Shown here piece by piece: positions 19,680 through 29,897 of a stretch of DNA of 64,000 nt. The position numbers and the translations under genes are program-made. Source of the stretch: Candidatus Beckwithbacteria bacterium. GTDB lineage: Bacteria > Patescibacteriota > Microgenomatia > UBA1400 > CG1-02-47-37. The notes beneath the pieces were generated by a model. That model did no database searches. It had not been told where the DNA came from and saw only the letters and a list, made by a program, of their open reading frames with translations. Numbering within the stretch: position 1 is the first letter of the stretch; the number at the start of each line of letters is the position of its first letter. The stretch lies in NCBI GenBank assembly GCA_043803225.1, contig JAZDKF010000012.1:118647-182646 (forward strand). Reading direction: 5' to 3'.

Positions 19680-21785
19680 ATGTCCAAAACACATTCTAAT
19701 AAAGGCAAACGCAAACAGCCGTTTAAACTTAAACTGCCGCGGGAAACCATTTACACTCTGGCCTCCACCGGTTTGATTCTTTTCGGTGGCTTAATAATGG
19801 TTTCTCTTTCCCGTCAAAGCCAGTTTTTAGAACTGATCTATACTTACTTTACCTCGCTTTTCGGCTGGGGGATATTGCTTTTGCCGTTTATTTTATTAAC
19901 TGCCGGTTTGATGCTTACCCGGTTAAAGTGGCGGATTACCAAACCTAATGTTTTTGTCGGCTCGGTCATTCTTTTAATTACTGCTACCAGCCTAACCCGA
20001 TCCGGCACCATTGGCCAGCAGATCTGGACTAGCTTGGTTGACTTAATCTATCGCTCCGGCGCCACCCTGGTTTTACTGGCAGGCATCTTTGTCGCCCTCG
20101 TCGTTATCTTTGAAACCAGTCTGGAAGACATGGTCTTAGCCTTTCAGGCAGTTTACCGAAAACTTAAAAACCTTATCCAAAATCTTAAACACCGGCCCCA
20201 GCCCTTATTTGATAAAAAACCCAGCGGTTACATCGTTAAAGGCTTAGCCTCAGATAAAGCCGATAAAGCAGAAATAAAGCTAAAACCTGAATTTAAACCC
20301 TCTCTGCCTATCCCAATTATCGCTAACCAGCCCGGCGATCAACAAGCCATGTGGCAATATCCGCCTTTATCGATTCTGACTGATTTTTCCGGCACTAAAG
20401 CCGATCGGGGTGATGTCAAACAATCAGCTGACATTATCGAAAGAACCCTAGACAGCTTTGGGATTAAGGCCCGGGTGGTTGAAGTTAATAATGGTCCGGC
20501 CGTCACCCAGTATGCCATTGAAATTGCCAAAGGCACTAAGTTATCTAAAATTACCAGCTTGCAAAATGATTTGGCCTTAGCCCTGGCTGCTCCGCAAGGT
20601 CAGATTCGTATCGAAGCCCCGATTCCCGGCCGCAATCTTGTCGGCCTGGAAGTGCCTAATCGGTCTTTGGAAATCGTCCCCTTAAAAGAAACTCTAGCCA
20701 AAAAACAGATGAAAGAAACCAAAAGCAAGTTAGCCTTCCCCTTGGGTTTAGATGTTTCTGGTGAAGTGATCATTGCCGACATTGATAAAATGCCCCACGT
20801 TTTAATCGCCGGCGCCACTGGTTCCGGTAAATCAGTCTGTATCAACTCCATTATTACTTCAATGCTTTTCCGCGCCAGTCCTCAGGAAGTTAAGTTTATC
20901 CTGGTTGATCCTAAACGGGTCGAGCTGACTTTTTACAACGACATTCCTCATCTTTTAACTCCGGTCATTGTCGAACCGGCAAAGGTCGTTTCCGCCTTAA
21001 AGTGGAGCATCTCGGAAATGGAAAGGCGTTACAAACTCTTTGCTGAAGTCGGAGTCAGAAACATTGCTGGCTACAATGAGCTTTCCGGTTTTCAAGCCCT
21101 GCCCTACATTATCATTATTATTGACGAATTAGCCGATATTATTTTCTATGCCCCGTCCGAAGTTGAAGACAGCATTACTCGTTTAGCTCAGATGGCCCGG
21201 GCTACCGGGATTCACTTAGTCCTGGCTACCCAGCGGCCGTCGGTTGATGTTTTAACCGGTTTGATTAAAGCTAACATTAACTGCCGGATCTCCTTTAATG
21301 TTAACTCTATGGTTGACTCCCGCGTTATCATTGACTCGCCCGGAGCCGAAAAACTTTTAGGCCGCGGCGACATGCTTTATATCCCGCCCGACCAAGCCAA
21401 AGCTACCCGGATTCAGGGAACCTTTATCACTGAAAGAGACACTAAAAACTTAATTGATTTTATTAAAAAGAATACTCTCAAGGTCGAATATACTGAAGAA
21501 GTCACCCAGAAATATCAGGCTAAAACTCCCGGTCGCCCCGGCACGGCTGACACAGAAGAAATCGATGAATTGTTTGAAGAAGCCGCTCGGGTAATCTGCC
21601 AATACGACCGGGCTTCAGCCTCGCTCTTGCAGCGCCGGCTTTCTGTCGGTTATGCCCGCGCCGCCAGGATTTTAGACCAGTTAGAGCAAGCTGCTGCCGT
21701 CGGCCCTTCAGAAGGGGCCAAAGCCAGAGAAGTCTTAATCAGTAACGCCGACAGTTTTTTAAGCCAGCGTGCCCCTCAGGAATAA
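19680..21785 (+). CDS. ftsK: DNA translocase FtsK/SpoIIIE
   Basis: N-terminal TM segments, Walker A GATGSGKS, and a C-terminal gamma winged-helix domain (YDRASASLLQRRLSVGYARAARILDQLEQA). Confidence 0.9.
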   Translation: MSKTHSNKGKRKQPFKLKLPRETIYTLASTGLILFGGLIMVSLSRQSQFLELIYTYFTSLFGWGILLLPFILLTAGLMLTRLKWRITKPNVFVGSVILLITATSLTRSGTIGQQIWTSLVDLIYRSGATLVLLAGIFVALVVIFETSLEDMVLAFQAVYRKLKNLIQNLKHRPQPLFDKKPSGYIVKGLASDKADKAEIKLKPEFKPSLPIPIIANQPGDQQAMWQYPPLSILTDFSGTKADRGDVKQSADIIERTLDSFGIKARVVEVNNGPAVTQYAIEIAKGTKLSKITSLQNDLALALAAPQGQIRIEAPIPGRNLVGLEVPNRSLEIVPLKETLAKKQMKETKSKLAFPLGLDVSGEVIIADIDKMPHVLIAGATGSGKSVCINSIITSMLFRASPQEVKFILVDPKRVELTFYNDIPHLLTPVIVEPAKVVSALKWSISEMERRYKLFAEVGVRNIAGYNELSGFQALPYIIIIIDELADIIFYAPSEVEDSITRLAQMARATGIHLVLATQRPSVDVLTGLIKANINCRISFNVNSMVDSRVIIDSPGAEKLLGRGDMLYIPPDQAKATRIQGTFITERDTKNLIDFIKKNTLKVEYTEEVTQKYQAKTPGRPGTADTEEIDELFEEAARVICQYDRASASLLQRRLSVGYARAARILDQLEQAAAVGPSEGAKAREVLISNADSFLSQRAPQE

Positions 21786-21788
21786 TCT

Positions 21789-22421
21789 ATGCAAAGTCTT
21801 GGCGAACTGCTTCAATCCGGTCGGGTTAAAACCAAACTGACTTTAACTCAACTGTCCCGGAAAACCAAGATTCCGGTTAAAACTTTAATTAATTTAGAAA
21901 AAAATCACTTTTTAAAGTTGCCCGCTCCCACCTATATTCAAGGTTTTGTCAAAAACTATGCCCAAGCCGTTGGCCTTGACCCTTTTAAAACGATTGCGGT
22001 TTTAAAACGTGACTATGACCGTCACCAGTCTAAAAAAATCATTCCTAAAGGCCTGGCTCAACCCTTAAATCAATCATTTTTTCATTCTAACTTAGGCCGT
22101 AACCTTTTAGCCGCCGGAGCAGTCTTGTTTACCCTAAGTCTTTATTTAGGCTTCACTATTTTTCGCCTCTACCAGCCGCCGCCAATTAATATCTTCCAGC
22201 CCCAGGAGGCCCAAGAGGGCACCAGCCCGGTTTTAATTAAAGGCAAAACCGACCGTGATGCCACCTTAACTTTAAATGATAAAACTATCAATCTGGAACC
22301 GGACGGTTCTTTTACGACTATATATAATGGCCCACCCGGCACCCACGAACTCAAACTCAAAGCCGTCTCCCGCCGCCAAAAACAGACAGAGTTAATCTTA
22401 TATGTTATTATTACTCAATAA
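21789..22421 (+). CDS. RodZ-like protein (XRE-type HTH, single TM, C-terminal domain)
   Basis: HTH (LTLTQLSRKTKIPVKTLINLEKN), one TM (LLAAGAVLFTLSLYLGFTIF) and a C-terminal beta-rich domain. Confidence 0.5.
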   Translation: MQSLGELLQSGRVKTKLTLTQLSRKTKIPVKTLINLEKNHFLKLPAPTYIQGFVKNYAQAVGLDPFKTIAVLKRDYDRHQSKKIIPKGLAQPLNQSFFHSNLGRNLLAAGAVLFTLSLYLGFTIFRLYQPPPINIFQPQEAQEGTSPVLIKGKTDRDATLTLNDKTINLEPDGSFTTIYNGPPGTHELKLKAVSRRQKQTELILYVIITQ

Positions 22422-22422
22422 G

Positions 22423-23481
22423 ATGTTTTTCAAAAAAACCCCTATTTTATATTTTTCCCAAGACAAGATTAAAGTTTCTTTAGTTTCTACTGGTAAAACT
22501 AACCGGGTTTTAAAAGCCGATGAAACCGGCTGGACTCCTGAATCTTTAAAAGAAACCTTAATCCAAGCCAAAAAACAGTTAAAAACCAGCAAATTCAGGT
22601 TACTTTTAGCTGATGACTTAAATTATGTCGTCACTCTTAAAATCCCCTTAAATACTCCAACCAGCCAAGAGCGCCAATTAGTTTTAGCCAAGTTAACTGC
22701 TCTTGTTCCTGAAATTCTCACCTCTACCAATTGGGATTTTAAAGAAACCGGCAAAAAAGATCAAACTGAAAAAGAAGTCATTGCCTTTGCCCCAGTTCAG
22801 GATAAGTTTTTAATCATAAGCCAGGCCCTAACTGAAGCCGGAATTGACACTGAAGCGATTGAACCAGAAGTGATTGCCAGGCTTAGAAATGAAGATCCTT
22901 TAATTGGCATTGCCTTAAAATCAGACCTTAAAGGTAAAGACGAAAAAGTATTAAATATTAATCCCCAGCCCCCAAAACCAACTAAAGCGCCAATAGTTAA
23001 TAAAAAACTAGTGATTATTTTTTTAATAGTTTTTATCATCATCGGTTTGATCGTCGGCGGGGTTTTAACTTCCAGAAACGCCCTTAATAAAACTAAAAAA
23101 GTTTTACCTAGTCCTTCACCAGAAATACTTGTCTCACCCTTGCCCTCAGCTGAAGCTTCACCTTCAGCCTTGCCAGTTGTTGATTTAACTAAGTATAAAC
23201 TCCAAGTTTTAAACGGCACCGGTGGTAAAGGTGTGGCCGCTGCAGTTAAAGACATTTTAACCGCTGAAGGTTTTACCTCAATTGCGGCCGACAATGCTGA
23301 TATCCAAAACTTTACTCTCACCCAAGTTGAGTTAAAACCAAATACGCCCAAGCTAGTTTTTGAAACGATTGACCGGGCTTTAAACGATGCTTACGAGGTT
23401 ACTCATTCCGCCCAGTTGTTGACAGCTGACAGTGACTATGATGTAGTAATCACAGTCGGACAATTAAAAAGCAAGGAATAA
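22423..23481 (+). CDS. Membrane protein with C-terminal LytR_C (LytR/CpsA/Psr C-terminal) domain
   Basis: Single TM (LVIIFLIVFIIIGLIVGGVL). C-terminal block LQVLNGTGGKGVAAAVKDILTAEGF…TLTQVELKP is typical of LytR_C. The start is taken at the second ATG, just after the upstream stop. Confidence 0.5.
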   Translation: MFFKKTPILYFSQDKIKVSLVSTGKTNRVLKADETGWTPESLKETLIQAKKQLKTSKFRLLLADDLNYVVTLKIPLNTPTSQERQLVLAKLTALVPEILTSTNWDFKETGKKDQTEKEVIAFAPVQDKFLIISQALTEAGIDTEAIEPEVIARLRNEDPLIGIALKSDLKGKDEKVLNINPQPPKPTKAPIVNKKLVIIFLIVFIIIGLIVGGVLTSRNALNKTKKVLPSPSPEILVSPLPSAEASPSALPVVDLTKYKLQVLNGTGGKGVAAAVKDILTAEGFTSIAADNADIQNFTLTQVELKPNTPKLVFETIDRALNDAYEVTHSAQLLTADSDYDVVITVGQLKSKE

Positions 23482-23484
23482 TTT

Positions 23485-23769
23485 ATGCTGACTTTATCGC
23501 AGATTATTTTAGTTATTGTCGTTACTATTCTTTCCATTCTCTTGATTATTTTCTCTATCTATATCTTTAAAATCTTGGATGAAGTTAAAAAGACCCTGGT
23601 TAAAACCAACTCGATGATGGATGATATGAAACGGATCACTAAATCTGTGGCTGACCCGATTGAACACGCCTCGGAGTTTATCTCCGGTCTGAAAAAAGGC
23701 GCCAAACTGGTTGAACTGGCTGGGGAATTAGTTTCCAAAAAACAGGAACATGACCGAAGAAAAAGCTAA
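23485..23769 (+). CDS. Small membrane protein (DUF948/YtxH-like)
   Basis: 94 aa with an N-terminal TM (IILVIVVTILSILLIIFSIYIF) and a charged helical C-terminus. Confidence 0.45.
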   Translation: MLTLSQIILVIVVTILSILLIIFSIYIFKILDEVKKTLVKTNSMMDDMKRITKSVADPIEHASEFISGLKKGAKLVELAGELVSKKQEHDRRKS

Positions 23770-24043
23770 ATCGGTCAACTTTACCTCTGGTTTGTTAATC
23801 GGCACTATCGCTTCTGCTGTTATTGCTTATCTGTATAAGACCGAGTCTGGTAAAAAAACCAAAAAAATCATTTCCGCTTACTATCGTGAGGCCAAAAATC
23901 ACGTTGACCAGCTAATTAAAGAAGTGAAAAAACAGACTAAAACTGTCTCTTTACCCGAAGCCGTCGAAATGGTTGCTAGAAAGAAAATTAAAACCATTAA
24001 GAAAAACGTCTTCTCCAAATCCGGCCGCCCGTTGGTAAAGTAG
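23750..24043 (+). CDS. YtxH-like small membrane/stress protein
   Basis: 97 aa; TM segment (GLLIGTIASAVIAYL) followed by a Lys-rich helix. Overlaps the previous gene by 20 nt. Confidence 0.45.
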   Translation: MTEEKAKSVNFTSGLLIGTIASAVIAYLYKTESGKKTKKIISAYYREAKNHVDQLIKEVKKQTKTVSLPEAVEMVARKKIKTIKKNVFSKSGRPLVK

Positions 24044-24065
24044 ACATATGGTATAATTCCACCCT

Positions 24066-24335
24066 ATGACTATTATTGAGCTTTCTAATGGTCAGCAGGT
24101 AGACGTGCCCGATAATATTAGTATTTTCCCAGATCCTTCTGGAGATAATACCATCTTTATTTCCGACGAGGCCGCTAAATTATTACCCGCAGGGGCCACA
24201 TTTATTTCTGTTTCAGCCGGAGGAAAAAAGGGAAGCATTTTTTTAGGTCATGATAAGCATGAATGTGAAAATGTTTTAATTCCTCAAGATGTAGGCCAAA
24301 ATATTATTTTCCCAGCGTTATTGGATGACGACTAA
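24066..24335 (+). CDS. Hypothetical 89-aa acidic protein
   Basis: ORF directly downstream of an extended -10 TGGTATAAT (24049-24057), leader about 8 nt. No family recognised. Confidence 0.4.
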   Translation: MTIIELSNGQQVDVPDNISIFPDPSGDNTIFISDEAAKLLPAGATFISVSAGGKKGSIFLGHDKHECENVLIPQDVGQNIIFPALLDDD

Positions 24336-24363
24336 GTCAAACTAAGTCTGCTACAATAACCTC

Positions 24364-26079
24364 ATGACTTCTGCTGAAATTCGTTCTGCGTATTTAAAGT
24401 TTTTTAAGGACAAAGGCCACGCGATTATTCCGCCGGCGCCCTTGGTGCCGACCAACGACCCGACCACTTTGTTTACTAGTTCCGGCATGCAGCAGTTAGT
24501 GCCTTTTTTGAAAGGCGAGTCTCACCCGATGGGCCAACGTTTGGTTGATTCTCAACCTTGTTTTCGAGCCGAGGATATTGATGAAGTCGGCGATAACCGC
24601 CACACGACTTTTTTTGAGATGCTGGGCAACTGGTCGTTGGGTGACTACTTTAAAGCCGAACAACTGCCTTGGATTTGGGAATTTTTTACCAAAACCTTAG
24701 AACTTGATCCCCAAAAACTCCATATCACTGTCTATGCTGGCTCAAAATCAGTCCCTAAAGACCTGGCTTCTTTTAAACTTTATCAAAAACTTAAGGTTCC
24801 TGATTCCCGGATTCATTACTATCCGGAAAACTGGTGGTCCCGTTCCGGTTCCCCAGATAAAATGCCTCCGGGAGAAATCGGCGGTCCTGACAGTGAAATA
24901 TTTTTTGAATTTAGCCAGGCTAAACACAATCCCAAATATGGCCAGACCTGCCATCCCAACTGTAACTGCGGCCGGTTTTTAGAAATCGGCAACTCAGTCT
25001 TCATGGAATTTGAAAAGCAAAACAACGGTTCTTTAAAACCTTTGCCGAAGAAAAATGTTGACTTTGGCGGCGGTTTGGAACGCATAGTCGCCGCAGTTAA
25101 TAATGATCCAGACATTTTTAAGATAGACATTTTTCAGCCAATGATTAGCTATTTAGAAAAAGTTACCGGAAAAGAATATATCGGCGATAACCAACCGCCA
25201 ATGAGGATAATTGCTGATCATTTACGGGCGGCCAAGGCGATGATTGACCAAGGTCTTGAACCCAGCAATAAACAACAGGGCTATATTTTAAGGCGCCTGA
25301 TCCGCCGCGCCTGTGTTAAAATGCGTTCTCTTAAAGGTGAGTTATTACCTGGCGATTTTCCTGAAAACTTACAACCAGAGGTGTCTAAATTTAGAGTTAC
25401 TTTGGAAAAAGGCCTTAAACTAATCGATAAACAGTCAGCCAAAACCATTACCCCTCAATTTGCCTTTGACCTGTTTCAAACTTATGGTTTCCCCATTGAA
25501 ATTACCCGGGAAATTTTAACCTCAAAAGGTTTAAAAATTGATATTGATGCTATTAAAAAACTTCAGTTTGAGCATCAACAGTCCTCCCGAACTGCCTCTG
25601 CCGGTATGTTTAAAGCCGGCTTAGCCGATCATTCCGAAACCGTCATCAAATTTCACACTGCCACACACTTACTCCATCAAGCTTTGCGTCAGGTTTTGGG
25701 CGACCAGGTTCATCAGGAAGGCAGTAACATTACTAGCGAAAGATTGCGCTTTGACTTTTCCCACCCCCAAGCCTTATCGTCAGCTGAAATGCACCAGGTT
25801 GAAACAATAATTAATCAGCAAATTAAACTAAACCTTCCGGTTAAAAAAACCATTACCAGCAAAGAAGCGGCCATTAAATCCGGTGCTCTGGCTTTTTTTA
25901 AAGAAACCTACCCGGACAAAGTTTCCGTTTATTCTATTGGTAGTTTTTCCAAAGAAATTTGCGGCGGTCCGCACGTTAACTCGACAGGGGAGATTGAAGG
26001 TGTTAAGCTTATAAAGCAAGAGTCTATCGGTGCTAATAAGCGCCGGCTTTATGCTGTATTAACTCATGGAACTAACTAA
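24364..26079 (+). CDS. alaS: Alanine--tRNA ligase (compact form: catalytic and editing domains, no C-Ala domain)
   Basis: N-terminal AlaRS block (EIRSAYLKFFKDKGHAIIPPAPLVPTNDPTTLFTSSGMQQ…HTTFFEMLGNWSLGDYFK). Editing-domain zinc motifs HTATHLLHQAL and CGGPHV. Confidence 0.9.
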   Translation: MTSAEIRSAYLKFFKDKGHAIIPPAPLVPTNDPTTLFTSSGMQQLVPFLKGESHPMGQRLVDSQPCFRAEDIDEVGDNRHTTFFEMLGNWSLGDYFKAEQLPWIWEFFTKTLELDPQKLHITVYAGSKSVPKDLASFKLYQKLKVPDSRIHYYPENWWSRSGSPDKMPPGEIGGPDSEIFFEFSQAKHNPKYGQTCHPNCNCGRFLEIGNSVFMEFEKQNNGSLKPLPKKNVDFGGGLERIVAAVNNDPDIFKIDIFQPMISYLEKVTGKEYIGDNQPPMRIIADHLRAAKAMIDQGLEPSNKQQGYILRRLIRRACVKMRSLKGELLPGDFPENLQPEVSKFRVTLEKGLKLIDKQSAKTITPQFAFDLFQTYGFPIEITREILTSKGLKIDIDAIKKLQFEHQQSSRTASAGMFKAGLADHSETVIKFHTATHLLHQALRQVLGDQVHQEGSNITSERLRFDFSHPQALSSAEMHQVETIINQQIKLNLPVKKTITSKEAAIKSGALAFFKETYPDKVSVYSIGSFSKEICGGPHVNSTGEIEGVKLIKQESIGANKRRLYAVLTHGTN

Positions 26080-28222
26080 CCTGCTCAATAAATTTAAAAG
26101 TAAAGAAGAAGCCAAACACGAATATTTTTTTGCGGTTGAAATTGCCGAAGAACTAATTAAAACTGCCATTTGGACAGTAGTTGATGGCCATACCCAGGTA
26201 GTTAAAGTCGGTCAATCGCAAACCTGGGACGGCCAAAACCAGGAAAAACTTGTCTCTGCTATTGATCAATCAATCTCCGCTGTTTCTGAAGGCGTTTCCC
26301 CTGAACCATCGGGCGTTATTTTTGGTCTGCCTGAGTCCTGGATGGATCAAGAAAATCTTAATCCCGACAAAAAATCTTACCTTAAAGCTATTTGCCAGGA
26401 GCTTGAATTTAAACCCCTTGGTTTTGTCGTTACTAACACCGCGGTGATTCAATATTTAAAGATTGAAGAAGGCACTCCGCCCAGTGCCATATTATTACAA
26501 CTAAGTTCCACTGAAGTTAATCTGTCTTTAGTCAAACTAGGCAAGTTAGTCGGCACCCAGCTGGTTGGCCGATCCGGAGATTTAGGACCAGACGTTGAAG
26601 AAGGCCTCTCCCGTTTTGAAAAAATTGACACTCTGCCTTCGCGGATGATTCTCTATGATGGTCAGCATGACTTTGAAGAAGACCGGCAGCAACTTACTTC
26701 CTATGACTGGGAAGAAAAACTCCCCTTTATTCACTTTCCTAAAGTCGAAGTTTTGCCTTCTGATGTTTCTATTAAAGCCATCAGTTTATCCGGCGGCAGC
26801 GAAGTGGCAAAATCCCTGGGTTTTGACATCAAATCTCAAGCCAAACCTTCTTCTCCTGAACCTGAGACGAAATCTCTTTCTGCTGCCGATCTTGGCTTTA
26901 CCTCAGCTGATATCGCTGCTTCCGTTAAACCAGCAGCAGAAAAAATCCAAGAGCCTGAACTTGAGCTAGCAGTCGAACCCAAAAAAACTCCTAAAATTCA
27001 ATTAATTAAAGCGACTTTTACTGCCTTTTTATCCAAGTTAAATAAAATTCTTAAATCAATTAAGTTTAAATCAGCCCCCAAAACCATTACCTGGATTATT
27101 GGCAGTTTGGCAGGCTTATTCATCTTAGTTTTCTTGAGCTATTGGTATTTTCCCAAAGCCCAAATTACTCTATACTTTGAACCAAAATCCATTGACACTG
27201 ATCTTGAAATAACTATTGACTCAAAAGCTACTAGTCTTGATTCGGTCAAAGCCATTCTACCCGGAGAATCTGTAGATATTTCCGTTGAAGCTAGTAAATC
27301 CACTCCTACTACCGGAAAAGCTTTGGTTGGTGAATCTGCCACTGGCAATATTACTATTTACAATGTTACTAATCAAACCAAATCATTCCTCAAAAACACG
27401 GTTTTAATCGGTCCTAATAATTTAACTTTTTCTCTTGACGAAGATACTACTGTTGCCTCCAGTTCTTCCAGAAAAGAGGGAGAAGATATTATTACTTCTC
27501 CGGGAAAAGCTGACGCTTCGATTACTGCCAATAACATCGGCACCGATAGCAATCTATCTGCTGACACCCGTCTAGCTTTTAAACAATTTTCCGAAGATGA
27601 TTACTATGCCAAAACTGCTGGTTTAAGTGGTGGCACCAGTCAGGAAGTTAGAGCCGTTGCCCAAGCCGATATTGATCAATTATTAACTGAAATCAATCCT
27701 GAACTAATTACCAAAGCCCAAACTGAACTGCAAGCCCGTCTTGGCAACAATAAAATCTTGGTTGAAATCGAGGACCAGGAAAAACTGATCTCTAGAAAGT
27801 TTAATCATAGCGTCAACGAACAAGCCGACACTTTAGTGATCGAAGCTAAATTAGAATACACTGCCCTTAGCTACAATCAAACTGATTTACAGCTACTCCT
27901 AAATGAGGCGATAAAAGAAAAAATTCCCGACAACTTTCAAGTCAGTGATTCCAGTCAAGCTAACTTAGAACCAGCTAAGCTCAATAAGGATAATACTGCT
28001 ACTATTCAAGCCAGCTATAAGGCCAACTTACTGCCAAAACTAGACTTTGAAGCGATTAAAGATCAGTTGAAAGGCCACTACCCCCAAACGATTCAGGACT
28101 ACTTAACCTCTCTGCCCTCCTTTTTAAGAGCTGATATTATTATCAAACCCAATTTGCCTAAGAGCTTAAAAACCCTTCCTCATGTCACCAAAAATATTTT
28201 GCTTGAAGTTAAATCCGAATAA
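26066..28222 (+). CDS. Large membrane-anchored hypothetical protein (718 aa; cytoplasmic N-domain, one TM, long Ser/Thr-rich extracellular region)
   Basis: No signal peptide. The N-terminal ~250 aa have a weak actin-like/FtsA-PilM-like pattern (FFAVEIAEELIKTAIWTVVDGHTQVVKVGQ), a low-confidence resemblance. TM segment ITWIIGSLAGLFILVFLSYWYF. Confidence 0.5.
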   Translation: MELTNLLNKFKSKEEAKHEYFFAVEIAEELIKTAIWTVVDGHTQVVKVGQSQTWDGQNQEKLVSAIDQSISAVSEGVSPEPSGVIFGLPESWMDQENLNPDKKSYLKAICQELEFKPLGFVVTNTAVIQYLKIEEGTPPSAILLQLSSTEVNLSLVKLGKLVGTQLVGRSGDLGPDVEEGLSRFEKIDTLPSRMILYDGQHDFEEDRQQLTSYDWEEKLPFIHFPKVEVLPSDVSIKAISLSGGSEVAKSLGFDIKSQAKPSSPEPETKSLSAADLGFTSADIAASVKPAAEKIQEPELELAVEPKKTPKIQLIKATFTAFLSKLNKILKSIKFKSAPKTITWIIGSLAGLFILVFLSYWYFPKAQITLYFEPKSIDTDLEITIDSKATSLDSVKAILPGESVDISVEASKSTPTTGKALVGESATGNITIYNVTNQTKSFLKNTVLIGPNNLTFSLDEDTTVASSSSRKEGEDIITSPGKADASITANNIGTDSNLSADTRLAFKQFSEDDYYAKTAGLSGGTSQEVRAVAQADIDQLLTEINPELITKAQTELQARLGNNKILVEIEDQEKLISRKFNHSVNEQADTLVIEAKLEYTALSYNQTDLQLLLNEAIKEKIPDNFQVSDSSQANLEPAKLNKDNTATIQASYKANLLPKLDFEAIKDQLKGHYPQTIQDYLTSLPSFLRADIIIKPNLPKSLKTLPHVTKNILLEVKSE

Positions 28223-28224
28223 CT

Positions 28225-29007
28225 ATGACCTACGTCTACCTTAAACAGCCTCCAGCTGATCAGGCAAAACTTTATCGACAATTTCAACAGAATCAGCTTT
28301 GGCTTAAATTTAAATCATTACTACCCACGGTCATGATTGTTGTTGGTGCCAGTTTGATTATTTCTGTCGGCTACCCGATTTTATCATATGAATTAACTAT
28401 TGGTTGGCAAACTAGGCGTCAAAGTATTCTTAAACCGGTTCCGGAAACTTCTTTAATTGCCAACAAAAGCATTATCAGCCCAACTGACTCTCAAAACCCT
28501 CAGGTCCTGGCCCAAACTACGAGCAATGATTTTAATCGAGTTTCCAACTGGTTTAACTTTTCCAAACCCCAGACATTCTTAAACCCATCTAATATTACTC
28601 ATTACACTGTAAATATTCCAAAACTTCGAATTCAAGATGCGGTTGTGACTATTGGCGGCGACAACCTGGATGCTAGCTTAATTCATTATGGCGGTACGGC
28701 TAATCCCGGCGAAGTAGGCAACGCCGTTATTTTTGGGCACTCTATTCTCCCTCAGTTTTATAACCCAAAATCCTATCGTTCTGTTTTTTCCCTTCTGCCT
28801 GCGCTTAAGCCTGGCGATGAAATTATTATTAACTTTGACGGCATTACTTATAAATATGTGGTTTATGAATACTTAGAAGTTAATCCGGGTGAAATTGATA
28901 TTTTAGAACAGCGTTATAATCGGAAAGAACTTTCTTTAGTAACCTGCGTTCCGCCTGGAACTTATCTCCGCCGTGGTATTATTAAAGCCTCCTTGGTAGA
29001 AATGTAA
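28225..29007 (+). CDS. Sortase-family transpeptidase
   Basis: N-terminal TM anchor, catalytic His (VIFGHSI), TLxTC-type Cys motif (LSLVTCVPPGTY) and a conserved Arg (LRRGIIKA). Confidence 0.7.
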   Translation: MTYVYLKQPPADQAKLYRQFQQNQLWLKFKSLLPTVMIVVGASLIISVGYPILSYELTIGWQTRRQSILKPVPETSLIANKSIISPTDSQNPQVLAQTTSNDFNRVSNWFNFSKPQTFLNPSNITHYTVNIPKLRIQDAVVTIGGDNLDASLIHYGGTANPGEVGNAVIFGHSILPQFYNPKSYRSVFSLLPALKPGDEIIINFDGITYKYVVYEYLEVNPGEIDILEQRYNRKELSLVTCVPPGTYLRRGIIKASLVEM

Positions 29008-29010
29008 TTT

Positions 29011-29892
29011 ATGCAGCCATTTATTGTTTTTTCGCTGCTGGCGGCTTTATCCTTTGCGCTATCCAACTTAACTTATAAATTTACCAGTAAACACAAAATT
29101 AATAACCCCTGGGTCTTACAATTATATTCTGCCCTAACGCTTTTACCGTTTTTATTACTGATTCCTATTTTCTTTCCTGTAGTTATTCCTCAAATTGGTT
29201 GGCAATATATTTTCCTTTACGCCCTTGTGTTTTTTATTGGCGAAGTTTTTTTTATTAAAGCTATTTATCATTTAGACGTATCCAGCTTTTCATCCCTATT
29301 TCAACTCCAATCCGGACTGATTGCTGTTTTAGCCTATTTTTTCCTGGGGGAGAGATTTCCCGTTCAAAATTATTATTTAATTTTAATTATGCTGGTTGGC
29401 TCGGTTTTAGTGACTTTAGATGAACAATTTAAGTTAAAGTCATTTTTTCAACTAGCGGTTGGGTTTATTCTATTGCAACAAATTTTTCATGCTTTATCCA
29501 ACCTTTTCGCCGGTTTTGGTTTAAAAAGCATGAGTTCTTTTGCCTTTATTTTCTGGGGCGATTTAACCGCAATTCTGCTAACCTTATTAGTTATTCCTTT
29601 AATTATTGGCTTTAAAAATATAAAGACTTCTTTTGTTAAAATTAAACCGTTATTTTTTGCTGGGTTTTTCTCAACTGTCGGAGCAACCTCATTATTTACC
29701 GCCTTTCAGTCTAATTTAACCATTTCTTCAGCTTTATCTCTATTAACCGCACCGATTGCATTGGTTTTAAGTGTGATCTTGTCGTTTTGGAAACCGTCTT
29801 TATTGGAACACCACTCTTTGAAAGTCTATGTTTACCGAACAATCGGTATGATTTTAATTCTCTTTGCCACAATTAATATTGCAATAGGATAA
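29011..29892 (+). CDS. Polytopic membrane protein, EamA/DMT-like
   Basis: About 10 predicted TM helices in two repeated halves. Confidence 0.45.
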   Translation: MQPFIVFSLLAALSFALSNLTYKFTSKHKINNPWVLQLYSALTLLPFLLLIPIFFPVVIPQIGWQYIFLYALVFFIGEVFFIKAIYHLDVSSFSSLFQLQSGLIAVLAYFFLGERFPVQNYYLILIMLVGSVLVTLDEQFKLKSFFQLAVGFILLQQIFHALSNLFAGFGLKSMSSFAFIFWGDLTAILLTLLVIPLIIGFKNIKTSFVKIKPLFFAGFFSTVGATSLFTAFQSNLTISSALSLLTAPIALVLSVILSFWKPSLLEHHSLKVYVYRTIGMILILFATINIAIG

Positions 29893-29897
29893 ATATT

